DNA of 64,000 bases from positions 28,954,001 to 29,018,000 of the forward strand of contig OZ024748.1 of the NCBI GenBank assembly GCA_964016885.1, in the 5' to 3' direction. A program made the translations under genes and the position numbers. The notes beneath the pieces were generated by a model. It saw only the letters and a program-made list of their open reading frames with translations. It made no database searches and was not told the origin of the DNA. This stretch comes from Eledone cirrhosa (lineage: Eukaryota). The first letter of the stretch is position 1. Every line of letters starts with the position of its first letter. This document shows, in pieces, positions 50,601 to 58,676 of the stretch.

Positions 50601-51258
50601 AAATGTATACACCAACCTCTATAGAACAGTGTTGATGTATACAGTTTTGGTATATACACCAACCTCTATAATATGACAGTGTTGGTATATACACCAAACC
50701 CTATATAACAGTGTTGACATATACACCAACCTCTATATAGAACAGTGTTGATATATACACCAACCTCTTTATAGGACAGTGTTGGTATATACACCAACCT
50801 CTATATATAACAGTGTTGGTATATACACCAACCTCTATAATATGACAGTGTTGTTATATAGACCATCCTCTGTATATGATAGTTTTGGGACATATACCAA
50901 CCTCTATTTATAACAATGTTGGTGAATACACTAACCTATATATGTTAGTGTTGATGTATGTACATCAACCTCTATACATGACAGTGTTGATGTATCAATA
51001 TCTGACTGTTCATATATACACCAACCTTTCTAAGTGTATCAAAATATCTCTTGTAGAATATGCTTCTAAACACTTTTTTGAAGTAAATTGCTAGCTTTGC
51101 ATCTGATTTAACCCTTATCTTTAGGATGCCCTATGAATTCAGAAGAGATATGGGAGTAAACCAGGAAAGATATATTGGCCCTGAATCAGGACAAGGAGAC
51201 CCTGACAGACAAAATATATCAGCTCATGATAGGCTGGACCGAATGAGAAATCCTCCTG
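2210..51258 (+). CDS. SAFB: SAFB/SLTM-family RRM nuclear matrix/RNA-binding protein, partial gene model (19 exons, 5' and 3' ends not found in window)
   Basis: Exons 2210-2270, 2995-3023, 6561-6615, 7405-7436, 9295-9486, 10362-10395, 22764-23256, 24935-24975, 25084-25178, 26142-26291, 26740-26815, 31115-31219, 31382-31785, 32510-32655, 35005-35100, 35449-35544, 37486-37599, 37897-38049 and 51125-51258 have AG/GT boundaries and compatible phases and join without a stop (2506 nt). The [78 protein letters not shown] matches the SAFB/SLTM RRM. It is followed by ILSFDRIK, an R/E/K coiled coil and KRPFDR...W.E.KR, as in SAFB. Confidence 0.88.
2995..3023 (+). CDS. SAFB: SAFB-like 29-nt exon ([10 protein letters not shown])
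   Basis: tttttcag acceptor, gtgagt donor, phase 1 to 0 fits its neighbours. Confidence 0.65.
4500..4612 (-). mobile_element. tRNA-derived SINE with Meta-type core (partial)
   Basis: Reverse complement of the gttcaaatcccgccgagg…cctttcatccttacggggtcgataaaataaagtaccagt core. Further copies at 4663-4855(+), 10808-10992(-), 14355-14478(+) and 28205-28390(+). Confidence 0.75.
4663..4855 (+). mobile_element. tRNA-derived SINE with Meta-type core
   Basis: B-box gttcaaatcc followed by the cctttcatcc…ggtcgataaaataaagtaccag core known from MetaSINEs. Confidence 0.75.
4871..5200 (+). mobile_element. tRNA-head SINE with RTE-LINE-derived tail
   Basis: A-box tggcttagtggttagagc, B-box gagttcaattc, ccttgagcaagacactt body, and a tail shared with the RTE 3' ends in the window. 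Other copies at 5475-5738(-, headless), 50165-50515(-) and 55817-56160(+). Confidence 0.8.
5297..5367 (+). ncRNA. Type I hammerhead ribozyme (predicted cleavage after GTA, position 5361)
   Basis: Stem I ttctat/atggaa; CTGATGA at 5303-5309; stem II includes tcagatg/cgtctga; GAAA at 5349-5352; stem III ACC-ttg-GGT, then A. Confidence 0.75.
5768..6060 (+). mobile_element. RTE LINE 3' end fragment
   Basis: [10 protein letters not shown]…GRLQKTW.EVV..DL motif and (tga)n tail. Confidence 0.8.
6130..6480. repeat. ~21-bp degenerate minisatellite (ttgataattgtgtcaatttag), interrupted by a LINE tail
   Basis: Visible tandem units. Confidence 0.7.
6561..6615 (+). CDS. SAFB: SAFB-like exon ([18 protein letters not shown])
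   Basis: tttttag acceptor, gtaagt donor, acidic content, phase 0 to 1. Confidence 0.7.
6848..7331 (+). mobile_element. Internally deleted mariner-type element
   Basis: ta|cgagggggcttcaaaaagtttgtggaaaaa and tttttctgcgaactttttgaagcaccctta|ta TIRs with TA flanks; residual IKFMV…VYGD-like coding. Confidence 0.7.
7405..7436 (+). CDS. SAFB: SAFB-like 32-nt exon ([11 protein letters not shown])
   Basis: tttccag acceptor, gttggt donor, phase 1 to 0. Confidence 0.6.
7536..7915. repeat. 35-bp minisatellite (ccaacccaaccatgactggctctggttctatgata, about 11 copies)
   Basis: Units start every 35 nt (7571, 7606, 7641…). Confidence 0.85.
8240..9260 (+). mobile_element. Degenerate RTE LINE 3' portion
   Basis: [13 protein letters not shown] and [11 protein letters not shown] motifs; (gat)n tail at about 9243-9260. 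Confidence 0.8.
9295..9486 (+). CDS. SAFB: SAFB-like acidic exon ([14 protein letters not shown]...NTVLK)
   Basis: ttttcag acceptor, gtaaat donor, open frame within ORF 9220..9522. Confidence 0.75.
9567..10050 (-). mobile_element. Non-autonomous Helitron-like element
   Basis: Minus strand reads A|TCTAAACTATAATAAAG…hairpin (ccacccgaagggtgg)…CTAG|T. The internal part is repeated at about 29985-30350. Confidence 0.7.
10362..10395 (+). CDS. SAFB: SAFB-like 34-nt exon ([11 protein letters not shown])
   Basis: Pyrimidine tract plus tag acceptor, gtagga donor, phase 0 to 1. Confidence 0.65.
11450..11930 (+). mobile_element. RTE LINE RT fragment
   Basis: [36 protein letters not shown] (ORF 11509..12006). 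Confidence 0.9.
12175..13860 (-). mobile_element. Degenerate RTE LINE 3' half
   Basis: Reverse-strand RT motifs ([18 protein letters not shown]), [12 protein letters not shown], (cat)n tail at about 12175-12190. Confidence 0.85.
13859..14564 (-). mobile_element. Tc1/mariner DD37D (maT-like) transposon 5' fragment with an inserted SINE
   Basis: TIR ta|cagggtgtgtcag on the minus strand; RTPKFVKKV…PGKSIR and [19 protein letters not shown] motifs. Confidence 0.75.
15200..15360 (-). mobile_element. LINE 3'-terminal fragment ([13 protein letters not shown]…DRDRWRELV) inside a TA/TG microsatellite
   Basis: Typical non-LTR ORF2 C-terminal motif in ORF 15205..15570. Confidence 0.7.
15698..18850 (-). 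mobile_element. Near full-length degenerate RTE-clade LINE (APE + RT + Cys-rich insert)
   Basis: APE motifs [18 protein letters not shown] and IAGDLNGHV; RT motifs EMQFGFVPG and LLYADDL; multiple frameshifts; (cat)n tail at 15698-15712. Confidence 0.9.
19525..19599 (+). ncRNA. Degenerate type I hammerhead motif in a palindromic PLE-like element (19324-19652)
   Basis: CTGATGA at 19530-19536, long stem II (tacac-cgaa-gtgtg), GAAA-TATGTA-TC, imperfect stem I gcagt/acagc. Confidence 0.45.
20707..21987 (+). mobile_element. Full-length degenerate Tc1/mariner DD37D (maT) transposon
   Basis: Imperfect TIRs (aaggtcttgtagataaattga / tcaatttctctgcaagaccctg) flanked by TA runs; HTH ORF 20775..21185; DEKKFTV, QDSAPCH and SPDLNLLDY with about 37 residues between the second and third D; stops and frameshifts present. 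Confidence 0.88.
22764..23256 (+). CDS. SAFB: SAFB-like large charged exon (…[20 protein letters not shown]…[10 protein letters not shown])
   Basis: ttctatag acceptor, gttggt donor, ORF 22790..23290, phase 1 to 2. Confidence 0.8.
24935..24975 (+). CDS. SAFB: SAFB-like 41-nt exon ([14 protein letters not shown])
   Basis: ttacag acceptor, gtaagt donor, phase 2 to 1 bridges to the RRM exon. Confidence 0.75.
25084..25178 (+). CDS. SAFB: RRM N-terminal exon ([25 protein letters not shown]; RNP2)
   Basis: Very close to the SAFB/SLTM RRM start (WVSGLSSTTRATDLKNLFSKYGK); aatag acceptor, gtatgt donor. Confidence 0.95.
26142..26291 (+). CDS. SAFB: RRM C-terminal exon ([23 protein letters not shown]…ISIEK; RNP1)
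   Basis: RNP1 YGFVTM and the SAFB-type AKVVTN.R.PGA motif; catcag acceptor, gtgagt donor. Confidence 0.95.
26740..26815 (+). CDS. SAFB: SAFB-like exon ([25 protein letters not shown])
   Basis: TKREP corresponds to the post-RRM AKNEP of SAFB; tttcag acceptor, gtaaga donor. Confidence 0.85.
27440..29575 (-). mobile_element. Degenerate Penelope-like element N-terminal fragment with Asn-rich microsatellite and SINE insertions
   Basis: [15 protein letters not shown] and [13 protein letters not shown] (PLE DKG-type motif) in ORFs 29293..29499, 28716..29057 and 27466..27792. Confidence 0.65.
31115..31219 (+). CDS. SAFB: SAFB-like R/S/D-rich exon
   Basis: ttgcag acceptor, gtcagt donor; encodes [35 protein letters not shown]. 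Confidence 0.8.
31382..31785 (+). CDS. SAFB: SAFB-like exon with TSKP repeats, ending in conserved ILSFDRIK
   Basis: tttcag acceptor, gtaagt donor, ORF 31318..31833. ILSFDRIK resembles the motif that precedes the coiled coil in SAFB/SLTM. Confidence 0.85.
31411..31599 (+). repeat. Coding 15-bp minisatellite (ggtacaagtaaacca), 12 full units plus a partial one
   Basis: Encodes (G/D/S/A)TSKP-type pentapeptides inside exon 31382-31785. Confidence 0.95.
31941..32165. repeat. ~33-bp minisatellite (tagttagtatcactaactccaccctgaaactac)
   Basis: Visible tandem units. Confidence 0.7.
32510..32655 (+). CDS. SAFB: SAFB-like coiled-coil exon ([11 protein letters not shown]…[15 protein letters not shown]); 5' boundary uncertain
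   Basis: ORF 32477..32749; gtttgt donor in phase 2; only a weak taaag acceptor is in frame. Confidence 0.65.
35005..35100 (+). CDS. SAFB: Coiled-coil exon copy A ([31 protein letters not shown])
   Basis: cttag acceptor, gtgagt donor, 96 nt, phase 2-2. Confidence 0.8.
35449..35544 (+). CDS. SAFB: Coiled-coil exon copy B ([31 protein letters not shown])
   Basis: cttcag acceptor, gtgagt donor, 96 nt, phase 2-2; paralogous to 35005-35100. Confidence 0.75.
35940..37170 (+). mobile_element. RTE LINE 3' fragment with a GC-rich repetitive 3' region
   Basis: [22 protein letters not shown] and MQERRL motifs; shared RTE/SINE tail at about 37010-37165. Confidence 0.8.
37486..37599 (+). CDS. SAFB: SAFB-like exon ([29 protein letters not shown]…)
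   Basis: KRPFD…W.E.KR resembles the SAFB RP(Y/F)D…W.E.KR motif; ttttag acceptor, gtttga donor. Confidence 0.85.
37897..38049 (+). CDS. SAFB: SAFB-like R/D/E-rich C-terminal exon
   Basis: Strong pyrimidine tract plus ctcag, gtaatt donor, open in phase 2-2. Confidence 0.8.
38601..42842. repeat. Head-to-tail tandem array of a 617-bp unit, about 6.9 near-identical copies
   Basis: Unit starts at 38601, 39218, 39835, 40452, 41069, 41686 and 42303; (TA)n on both flanks. Confidence 0.97.
42855..43725 (+). mobile_element. Internally deleted RTE LINE fragment (APE + RT)
   Basis: [25 protein letters not shown]…[24 protein letters not shown]. Confidence 0.85.
43975..44427 (-). repeat. 3' LTR of the Gypsy element (453 bp)
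   Basis: Begins TGTAGCAAGAG on the minus strand, right after the purine-rich tract tggcgggagataa (putative PPT, about 44428-44440). Confidence 0.9.
47990..48032 (-). promoter_or_regulatory. Programmed -1 ribosomal frameshift signal, gag to pol
   Basis: G GGA AAC in the gag frame just before the TAA stop, a 6-nt spacer, then a GAGGTTCA…TGACCTC hairpin; the -1 frame opens into the protease ORF. Confidence 0.8.
49278..49296 (-). promoter_or_regulatory. Primer-binding site complementary to the tRNA-Trp 3' end
   Basis: TGGTGACCCCCGACGTGAT versus the metazoan tRNA-Trp 3' end …AUCACGUCGGGGUCACCA (one extra C). Confidence 0.85.
49298..49751 (-). repeat. 5' LTR of the Gypsy element (454 bp)
   Basis: Direct repeat of 43975-44427, followed on the minus strand by the PBS. 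Confidence 0.9.
50600..51030. repeat. ~33-bp minisatellite with internal palindrome (acagtgttggtatatacaccaacctctatata)
   Basis: Visible tandem units. Confidence 0.8.
51125..51258 (+). CDS. SAFB: SAFB-like C-terminal-region exon ([10 protein letters not shown]…DRMRNPP)
   Basis: ctttag acceptor in phase 2, gtaagt donor, ORF 51126..51392, R/D/G-rich. Confidence 0.7.
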
Positions 51259-51572
51259 GTAAGTTTTTATTGTATTCTCACTATCAACATCATTTAATGT
51301 CTGCTTTCCCTGTTAATAAGGGTTGGTGGGTTTACATAGAAATGTATGTTTGTATGTCTGCAAAAAGTAAATGGAAACAACAAAGCAAATAACACCGTAC
51401 AATGAAGATATATATTAGTTTAATGCTTGATATAGTAGGAAAAGTGCCCTTACATTTCGGACACTATTCTTTCATCAGAAGATAGAATGAGAAATAAAAG
51501 ATGAAATAGAAAGAGAGAGAGTGAGAAGAGGAAGAAATGAAAATAAAACATTTTTTTTTTAGAAAAAGTACA

Positions 51573-52071
51573 GGATCTTTTCGGTTTGGTTGCCACCATT
51601 AAAGTTTATTAAACAATTTTTTTATTTGGCACATATTGATGTAGTTTTCCAAGCTGAATTGCTGGAATTGTTTCATTTTTTCCAGAAAAATGTTTTTAAA
51701 AGGTTATTTAGGTTTAAAGTTTGATATTTTTCACCCAGTCAGGAAACAGGATTTGGAAGCTGTCATCCCCAGTTTACACTTGTTACTATGGAAACAGTCT
51801 TCAATATATTGTCAACACGTGCTTCCTTGCAGACAAAACAGTTCTCATGTTCCGCTTGTTACTATGGAAACAGGCATGAATATATCTGTGGCTTACGATT
51901 GGCTAAAATTACCCAAAATGTTCAATCTTTAATTGCTAATAACTCTTTATTTATTGATTTATAGCGAAAATGATTTTCATGACATTCATTAGCCTATAAT
52001 TGTGTATTGTTACACTGAATATGAAATCAATTCGAACAGAAATGCCGCTGGCAGTCAAACTGAAAAGATCC
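51573..52071. mobile_element. MITE with GG…CC termini (Merlin-like)
   Basis: TIR ggatcttttcggtttg / caaactgaaaagatcc; flanks aaagtaca / taagtaca (7/8 match, candidate 8-bp TSD). Confidence 0.7.
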
Positions 52072-52357
52072 TAAGTACATGTGTATTCTGTCACCCAATT
52101 TTGGGAATGCTGGTCAGTGGGTATCTTAGGTATTATAGAGGTTTAGCAAGGGAGATAATTATTGTGTATTTTGAGTATGCATATGTGTGTAGATTTGTCT
52201 GTGCAAAGCTATGAAGGATCGGCATTGGACCGTAACCGATTTTTCTTGGTGTGAGAATATATATATGTATATATATATATGTATGTGTATATATATATAT
52301 ATATATACACACATACACATACATATATATACACATGAATATATATATATACATATA

Positions 52358-52389
<32 letters not shown>

Positions 52390-52453
52390 AATATATGTAT
52401 GTATGTATGTATGTATGTATATATATATGTATGTATATATATATATATGTATG

Positions 52454-52486
<33 letters not shown>

Positions 52487-52489
52487 GTA

Positions 52490-53269
52490 TCATAATCTAT
52501 AAAGCTCAATGTGTGGTCATGCTCCTTCGTTATAGAAATCTACGATATAGAATTTCTTCAATTGAAATTTACAATTCAGTATTCGAAATAGTTTCGATTG
52601 TGTCTTGACGCAGATAATTTTTTCAATTTCACCCACAATTACGCAAAAAATAGATAAAACTCAATATTTTACGATTTTTCTCTCTCATTTAAACTGCTGA
52701 ACTCTTTCTACTACCATTCAAAATCTATACAACTTCATGCTTGCTGCTACTTTCTCTTTCCAAGTTTGATGGTGATACTGTCCGTTCACACCACTCCCTA
52801 CTGTCTTAAATTTAGAAAACACATATCCTCTATGAGGTTACTAAACCTGCTAGAAACAGCAGCTAACTCTCCCCCATATCACACCCCTCCCCACACCACT
52901 TCCTACTGTCTTAAATTTAGAAAACATATCCTCTATGAGGTCACTAAACCTGCTAGAAACAACAGCTAACTCTCCCTCATATCACAACCCTCCCTACTGT
53001 CTTAAATTTAGAAAACACACAGACAACCATGCAGAACAACTCCATCGCAGCTCTGTTGTTCGGCTGGCATCGTCTACGCGCGTGTTGCGCAAGTACTGTG
53101 AAACAATAAATTTCAACACTTTTTTGCACAGAGATAATATCCATAGGTGAAACTACAATTGTCACTGCTGGCGCAGCTCCTGCTTCCAGGTCTGCAATTC
53201 ACCCAGTGCCTGGCAGACAAAAGAGTGCTGCCATAAAATGGGTGGTGCAACGCCGGGCTTTAATGCTAG
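52490..53269 (+). mobile_element. Non-autonomous Helitron-like element
   Basis: A|TCATAATCTATAAAG start; gcaacgccggg…gCTAG|T end similar to the Helitron-type terminus at about 30375-30413. Confidence 0.45.
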
Positions 53270-53289
53270 TGTATATATATATATATATG

Positions 53290-53329
<40 letters not shown>

Positions 53330-53335
53330 AATCTG

Positions 53336-53378
<43 letters not shown>

Positions 53379-53379
53379 C

Positions 53380-53421
<42 letters not shown>

Positions 53422-53441
53422 AGTATATATATATCTGTATG

Positions 53442-53503
<62 letters not shown>

Positions 53504-53759
53504 TGTATATTTATATATATATATGTATATATATATATGTATATATATATATGTATATTTATATATATATATGTATATATATATATGTATATTTATATAT
53601 ATATATGTATATATATATATGTATATATATATATGTATATATATATGTATATATGTATATGTATATATATATATGTATATATATATGTATGTATATATAT
53701 ATATATGTATGTATATATATATATATATATATGTATGTATATATATATATATATATGTA

Positions 53760-53795
<36 letters not shown>

Positions 53796-53806
53796 TATAT
53801 ATGTAT

Positions 53807-53846
<40 letters not shown>

Positions 53847-54239
53847 GTATATATATATATATGTATGTATATATATGTGTATATATATATATATGTATGT
53901 ATATATATGTGTATATATATATATATGTATGTATATATGTGTATATATATATATATATGTATGTATATATATGTATATATATATATATATATGTATGTAT
54001 ATATATGTATATATATATATATATATGTATGTATATATATGTATATATATATATATTTATGTATATATATATATGTATGTATATATATATATGTATATAT
54101 ATATATATGTATGTATATATATATATATATATGTATGTGTATATATATATGTATATATATATATATATATATGTATGTGTATATATATATATATGTATGT
54201 ATATATGTATATATATGTATGTATATATGTATATATATG

Positions 54240-54271
<32 letters not shown>

Positions 54272-54435
54272 TATATGTATGTATATATATATATATATGT
54301 ATATATATATGTATGTATATATATATGTATGTATATATATATGTATGTATATATATATGTATGTATATATATATGTATGTATATATATATGTATATATAT
54401 ATGTATGTATATATATATATGTATGTATATATATC
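53270..54435. repeat. Long (TA)n/(TATG)n compound microsatellite
   Basis: Direct reading. Similar tracts at 15360-15630, 52255-52489, 57313-58060 and 61595-61915. Confidence 0.97.
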
Positions 54436-55685
54436 TTTTAAAGCTCGTCCCTATAATCATCATTCATCTTTTAAATACAAACTTAAAATAACCAACACGG
54501 CTCTCTCAGAACTCATATGGTCCTTGAAAGACAAAAACATTAAATATACCATCTTTTGGAAGAAGGTTTCTTCTGCGTCTTAATACTTGAACAGCTCTCT
54601 ATCTAAAATCTGCAATCTCTGCCTAAATGAAAAATTTACCATTATCTCTAATCTTGATTCTATAATAAATAGACGAACTGACTTGTTTTCTATATGCTTG
54701 CATAAATTCCATAAAACATTTCACAAAGTATACAGCTAATATTCAATTCTTTATCAATTTAGAATCTTTTTCTCAAAGGCACATATACATACACCTCTTT
54801 TAAAATATACCCATCTTCCTACCTTATTTCAAAGGGTATTATACACTCTATAATACTTGTTTACTCATTACCCTTACTCTATTTTTCACCTTGTAAAATC
54901 CTTCGTAAACATATACATTTGTTTTGACGCCAGATTATTCATCCTTAATTCATTATTTTTTTCTCCCTATCATCTAACTCATTCTCAATACATATTAACT
55001 TTTTCTTCGCACATATCAATTCCTTCAATATACAAACCTTAACTTCACATTATTTTTCTCAAATCCTTCAATACACAAACCTTAACTTTTTTTTCTCTTC
55101 GTTAATTTTCAAATTTCCATAATACTTGTAAACATACACACTTTTTATGACGTTAGAATATTCATCCGCAATTCATTATTCTATTCTCTCTATCATCAAA
55201 CTCATTATTCTTAATACATATTAACTCCCTCTCCTTCGTCGCACATATTTTTTTCCCTTCGTTAATTTTCAAATTCTTTTAATTTATACATTATCTTCCA
55301 ACGGTTTTCAACCTCTCTATGTAAAACAATATATCTTTCTCAGTTATAAAAAACTATCTCTCTCTCTCTATCACCCATCTCTCCTCCTATCTCATCCTTC
55401 CTCATTATATTCCTCCCTCTCCACCTTCACTCTCATCTCCTCCTCTTTTTTTCATCCTTTCCACCCCCCCTCTAAATAAAATATTTTTCCCAATATCACA
55501 CATCAATCTAAAACTACTTCTCATATGTTGATTTAAGACTGCACTATCCACAAGTGTTTTTTAGCCTTCATATCATGTCCTCCTGTTTTATCTGATGAAA
55601 ACACAAATATTATTGCATGATGATGTTTGTTTTTGAAATGCGTATAATAAAATACATGGAACTCCTTTAACCATCTTTTGTTCTT
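54436..55685 (+). mobile_element. 5'-truncated Penelope-like element: GIY-YIG endonuclease C-terminus plus 3' terminal region
   Basis: [12 protein letters not shown]…[12 protein letters not shown]…W…CNLCLNEK…INRRTDL…C.H, typical of PLE GIY-YIG tails; ends in a hammerhead-containing terminal region. Confidence 0.85.
55586..55652 (+). ncRNA. Minimal type I hammerhead ribozyme (PLE-associated)
   Basis: ttttat-CTGATGA-long stem II-GAAA-TGCGTA-TA-ataaaa. Confidence 0.7.
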
Positions 55686-56193
55686 ATATATTATATATAT
55701 ATATATATGTATATATATTTATATATATATGTATGCATGTATATATATATATATATATATGTGTATATATATATGTGTATATATATATATGTATATATAT
55801 ATATACACATGTAATGAAGGCACATGGCTTAGTGGTTAGAGCATTGGCTTTGCAATCGAAAAGTTGTGAGTTCAATTCTCGGACCGGGTGATGTGTTGTT
55901 TCCTTGAGCAAGACACTTTATTTCACATTGCTCCAGTCTACTCAGCTGTAGAAATGAGATGATAGGGACTGGTATCCCTACCATTCCACTGCAAAGTGGT
56001 CGTGGAGGTGCCACGGCATAAAAGCACCCAGCACTCACTGTAAATGAGGTTGGTGTTAGGAAGGGCATCCAGCTGTAGAAATCAAGCCAGAATCAGTTCC
56101 CGTCCCACCCTTGCAAGCAGAGAAAAGTGGACGTAAAAAGAAATGATGATGATGATGAAATGATATGTATGTATATATATATATATATATATG

Positions 56194-56275
<82 letters not shown>

Positions 56276-56281
56276 TGTATA

Positions 56282-57312
56282 TATTTTCTCTTTCTCATAA
56301 TTTCGAGTATATTTTTTTGACCGGCCACCTTCCTGATGGCAAGGTTGTAAAAGAAAAGAAATTGTCATCCCTTGAATCGCAAGAATGTTTTGCAAATTTT
56401 GAAGGTGCCAGCTATCGCAGCCATTTGTAGACTATGAATTAGGGAGCTGCGCTTTTTGTCCACAAATCCAAGTTCAGTCATACTTTGGTCCAAGCGGGTT
56501 GGTATATAACCCGTAGCACCAATAATGATGGGTATGAAGCTAAAGGTGTATCTTGGATACTGGATTTGTAAACTCCTTATCAATGGTCCGTAGATGTCCT
56601 CCTTCTCCTGTATTTTTCTGACAACGTTTACATCAAGTGGGCAGCTGATCTCCACAACAGAACACGTTTTCAATGTGTGGTCCCAAACTACAATATCAGG
56701 CCGGTTGTGCTTTAATTTGGTGGCAGTTTTTATTTTCAGGTTCCACCAGTATTCCTTAGTGCCATCTGTCTCAATATATTCTTCCTCGTTTGTTGTTAAT
56801 TTTGTTTTCCGAAGTGCGTTCCAGATGGTTCTAGCTATCCCATCGTGTCTCATGGGGAGGTAGTAGCGAGATGACATTCTTTCGCAGCTGGCAACAATGT
56901 GGCTTACATCCTCGATCTTTGTTTTACATAGCCTACATTTATTGTTAGCTGCTGGCCCTCCTCTTTTGTGCAGCAGATATTTGGTAGGGAGTTCTTGTTC
57001 CTGTATTGCATAGAGATATCCCTCAAGGTGTGATGTCATAAACTTGTCGGAACTCCATGCCAGGCTTTTTGAGTGGTTTATCCCCTCTATGGTCTGTGTT
57101 TTACGCCTCAAGTATCCATGCACAACTTTTTCTGTAAATTGGTCAATTTTTTTATCTTGTTTGAACATTGAATAGGATCTTCCGATTTCTCTGGGTGAGA
57201 GATTTATATCAGGCTTTATTCCATATCTCTCCTCCAGATCAGTTGCTATTCTAATGATATTTCTTTTTTCATGGTCATAAACCTGGGCAAGATGGTTGCC
57301 AACCTTTTTCCT
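56282..57312 (-). mobile_element. 5'-truncated RLE-type LINE (R4/Dong-like), open reading frame intact
   Basis: CRLCKTKIEDVSHIVASC zinc knuckle, RHD, NRPDIVV…VEISCP…EKE and IPIIIGATG. The frame stays open to about 57310; (TACA)n follows the 3' UTR. Confidence 0.85.
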
Positions 57313-57411
57313 CTATATATGTATGTATATATGTATGTATGTATATATGTATGTATGTATGTATATATATATGTATGTATATATGTATGTATATATATAT
57401 ATATATGTATG

Positions 57412-57445
<34 letters not shown>

Positions 57446-57513
57446 TATGTATGTATATATATATATATATATATGTATGTATATATATTTATGTATATAT
57501 ATATATATGTATG

Positions 57514-57544
<31 letters not shown>

Positions 57545-57761
57545 ATATGTATGTATATATATATATGTATGTATATATATATATATGTATGTATATATAT
57601 ATATGTATGTATATATATATATGTATGTATATATATATATGTATGTATATATATATATATGTATGTATATATATATATATGTATGTATATATATATATAT
57701 ATGTATGTATGTATATATATATATATGTATGTATATATATATATATATGTATATATATATG

Positions 57762-57845
<84 letters not shown>

Positions 57846-57935
57846 TATATGTATGTATATATGTATGTATATATATATATGTATGTATATATATATATGT
57901 ATGTATATATATATATGTATGTATATATATATATG

Positions 57936-57985
<50 letters not shown>

Positions 57986-58184
57986 TATGTATATGTATAT
58001 ATGTATATATATATATGTATGTATATATATATATGTATGTATATATATATATATATATGTAGGAGGTGAGTTTTATTGTAGTACAATAAAGCAATGCAGA
58101 TATCGGATAAGAAGCACTCTACAGTTTGTGGGACTGGAGTATGCATAATATAAGATCAAAAGATGGTTAAAGGAGTTCAATATA

Positions 58185-58251
58185 TTTTATTATGCGCATT
58201 TCAAAAACAAACATCATCAAACAATAATATTTGTGTTTTCATCAGATAAAA
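58185..58251 (-). ncRNA. Minimal type I hammerhead ribozyme (left arm of palindrome)
   Basis: Reverse complement of 58367-58433. Confidence 0.75.
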
Positions 58252-58366
58252 CAGGAGAACATGATATGAAGGCTAAAAAAACACTTGTTGATAGTGCAGT
58301 TTATATGTTGATTTAAAACTGCACTATCAACAAGTGTTTTTTTAGCCTTCATATCATGTTCTCCTG

Positions 58367-58433
58367 TTTTATCTGATGAAAACACAAATATTATTGTTTG
58401 ATGATGTTTGTTTTTGAAATGCGCATAATAAAA
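58367..58433 (+). ncRNA. Minimal type I hammerhead ribozyme with palindromic TGCGCA in stem/loop III
   Basis: Stem I ttttat/ataaaa; CTGATGA at 58373-58379; ~16-bp stem II; GAAA at 58416-58419; TGCGCA; ATA cleavage triplet ending at 58427. Confidence 0.75.
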
Positions 58434-58470
58434 TATATTGAACTCCTTTAACCATCTTTTGATCTTATAT

Positions 58471-58505
<35 letters not shown>

Positions 58506-58642
58506 GTATATATATGTATGTAACTCTATGCTGTAAAGCAATTATAATAATACTGGACTGTAGTACGATCGGCTTCAACTATACAAACTCTTGAAGTCAA
58601 CAGTTGACATAATCGTGTATTCTTGTATCAGTAATGACGGTA

Positions 58643-58676
<34 letters not shown>

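Noticed and set aside
51447-51482. Minus-strand CTGATGA-aagaatagtgtcc-GAAATGTA-aggg minimal hammerhead
   Set aside because: Stem II does not pair and stem I is mostly G-U; probably a decayed PLE end, not supportable as a ribozyme.
51572-52072. Polinton-like signature (AG…CT ends with a 6-bp AAGTAC duplication)
   Set aside because: The element is only 500 bp with short TIRs; GG…CC termini with a near-perfect 8-bp TSD explain it more simply as a MITE.
53162-54583. Long ORFs of 366-433 aa (YIYI/ICIY repeats), and similar ones at 15205-15749, 52159-52608, 57271-58148 and 61542-61989
   Set aside because: They are translations of (TA)n/(TATG)n microsatellites that lack stop codons, not genes.
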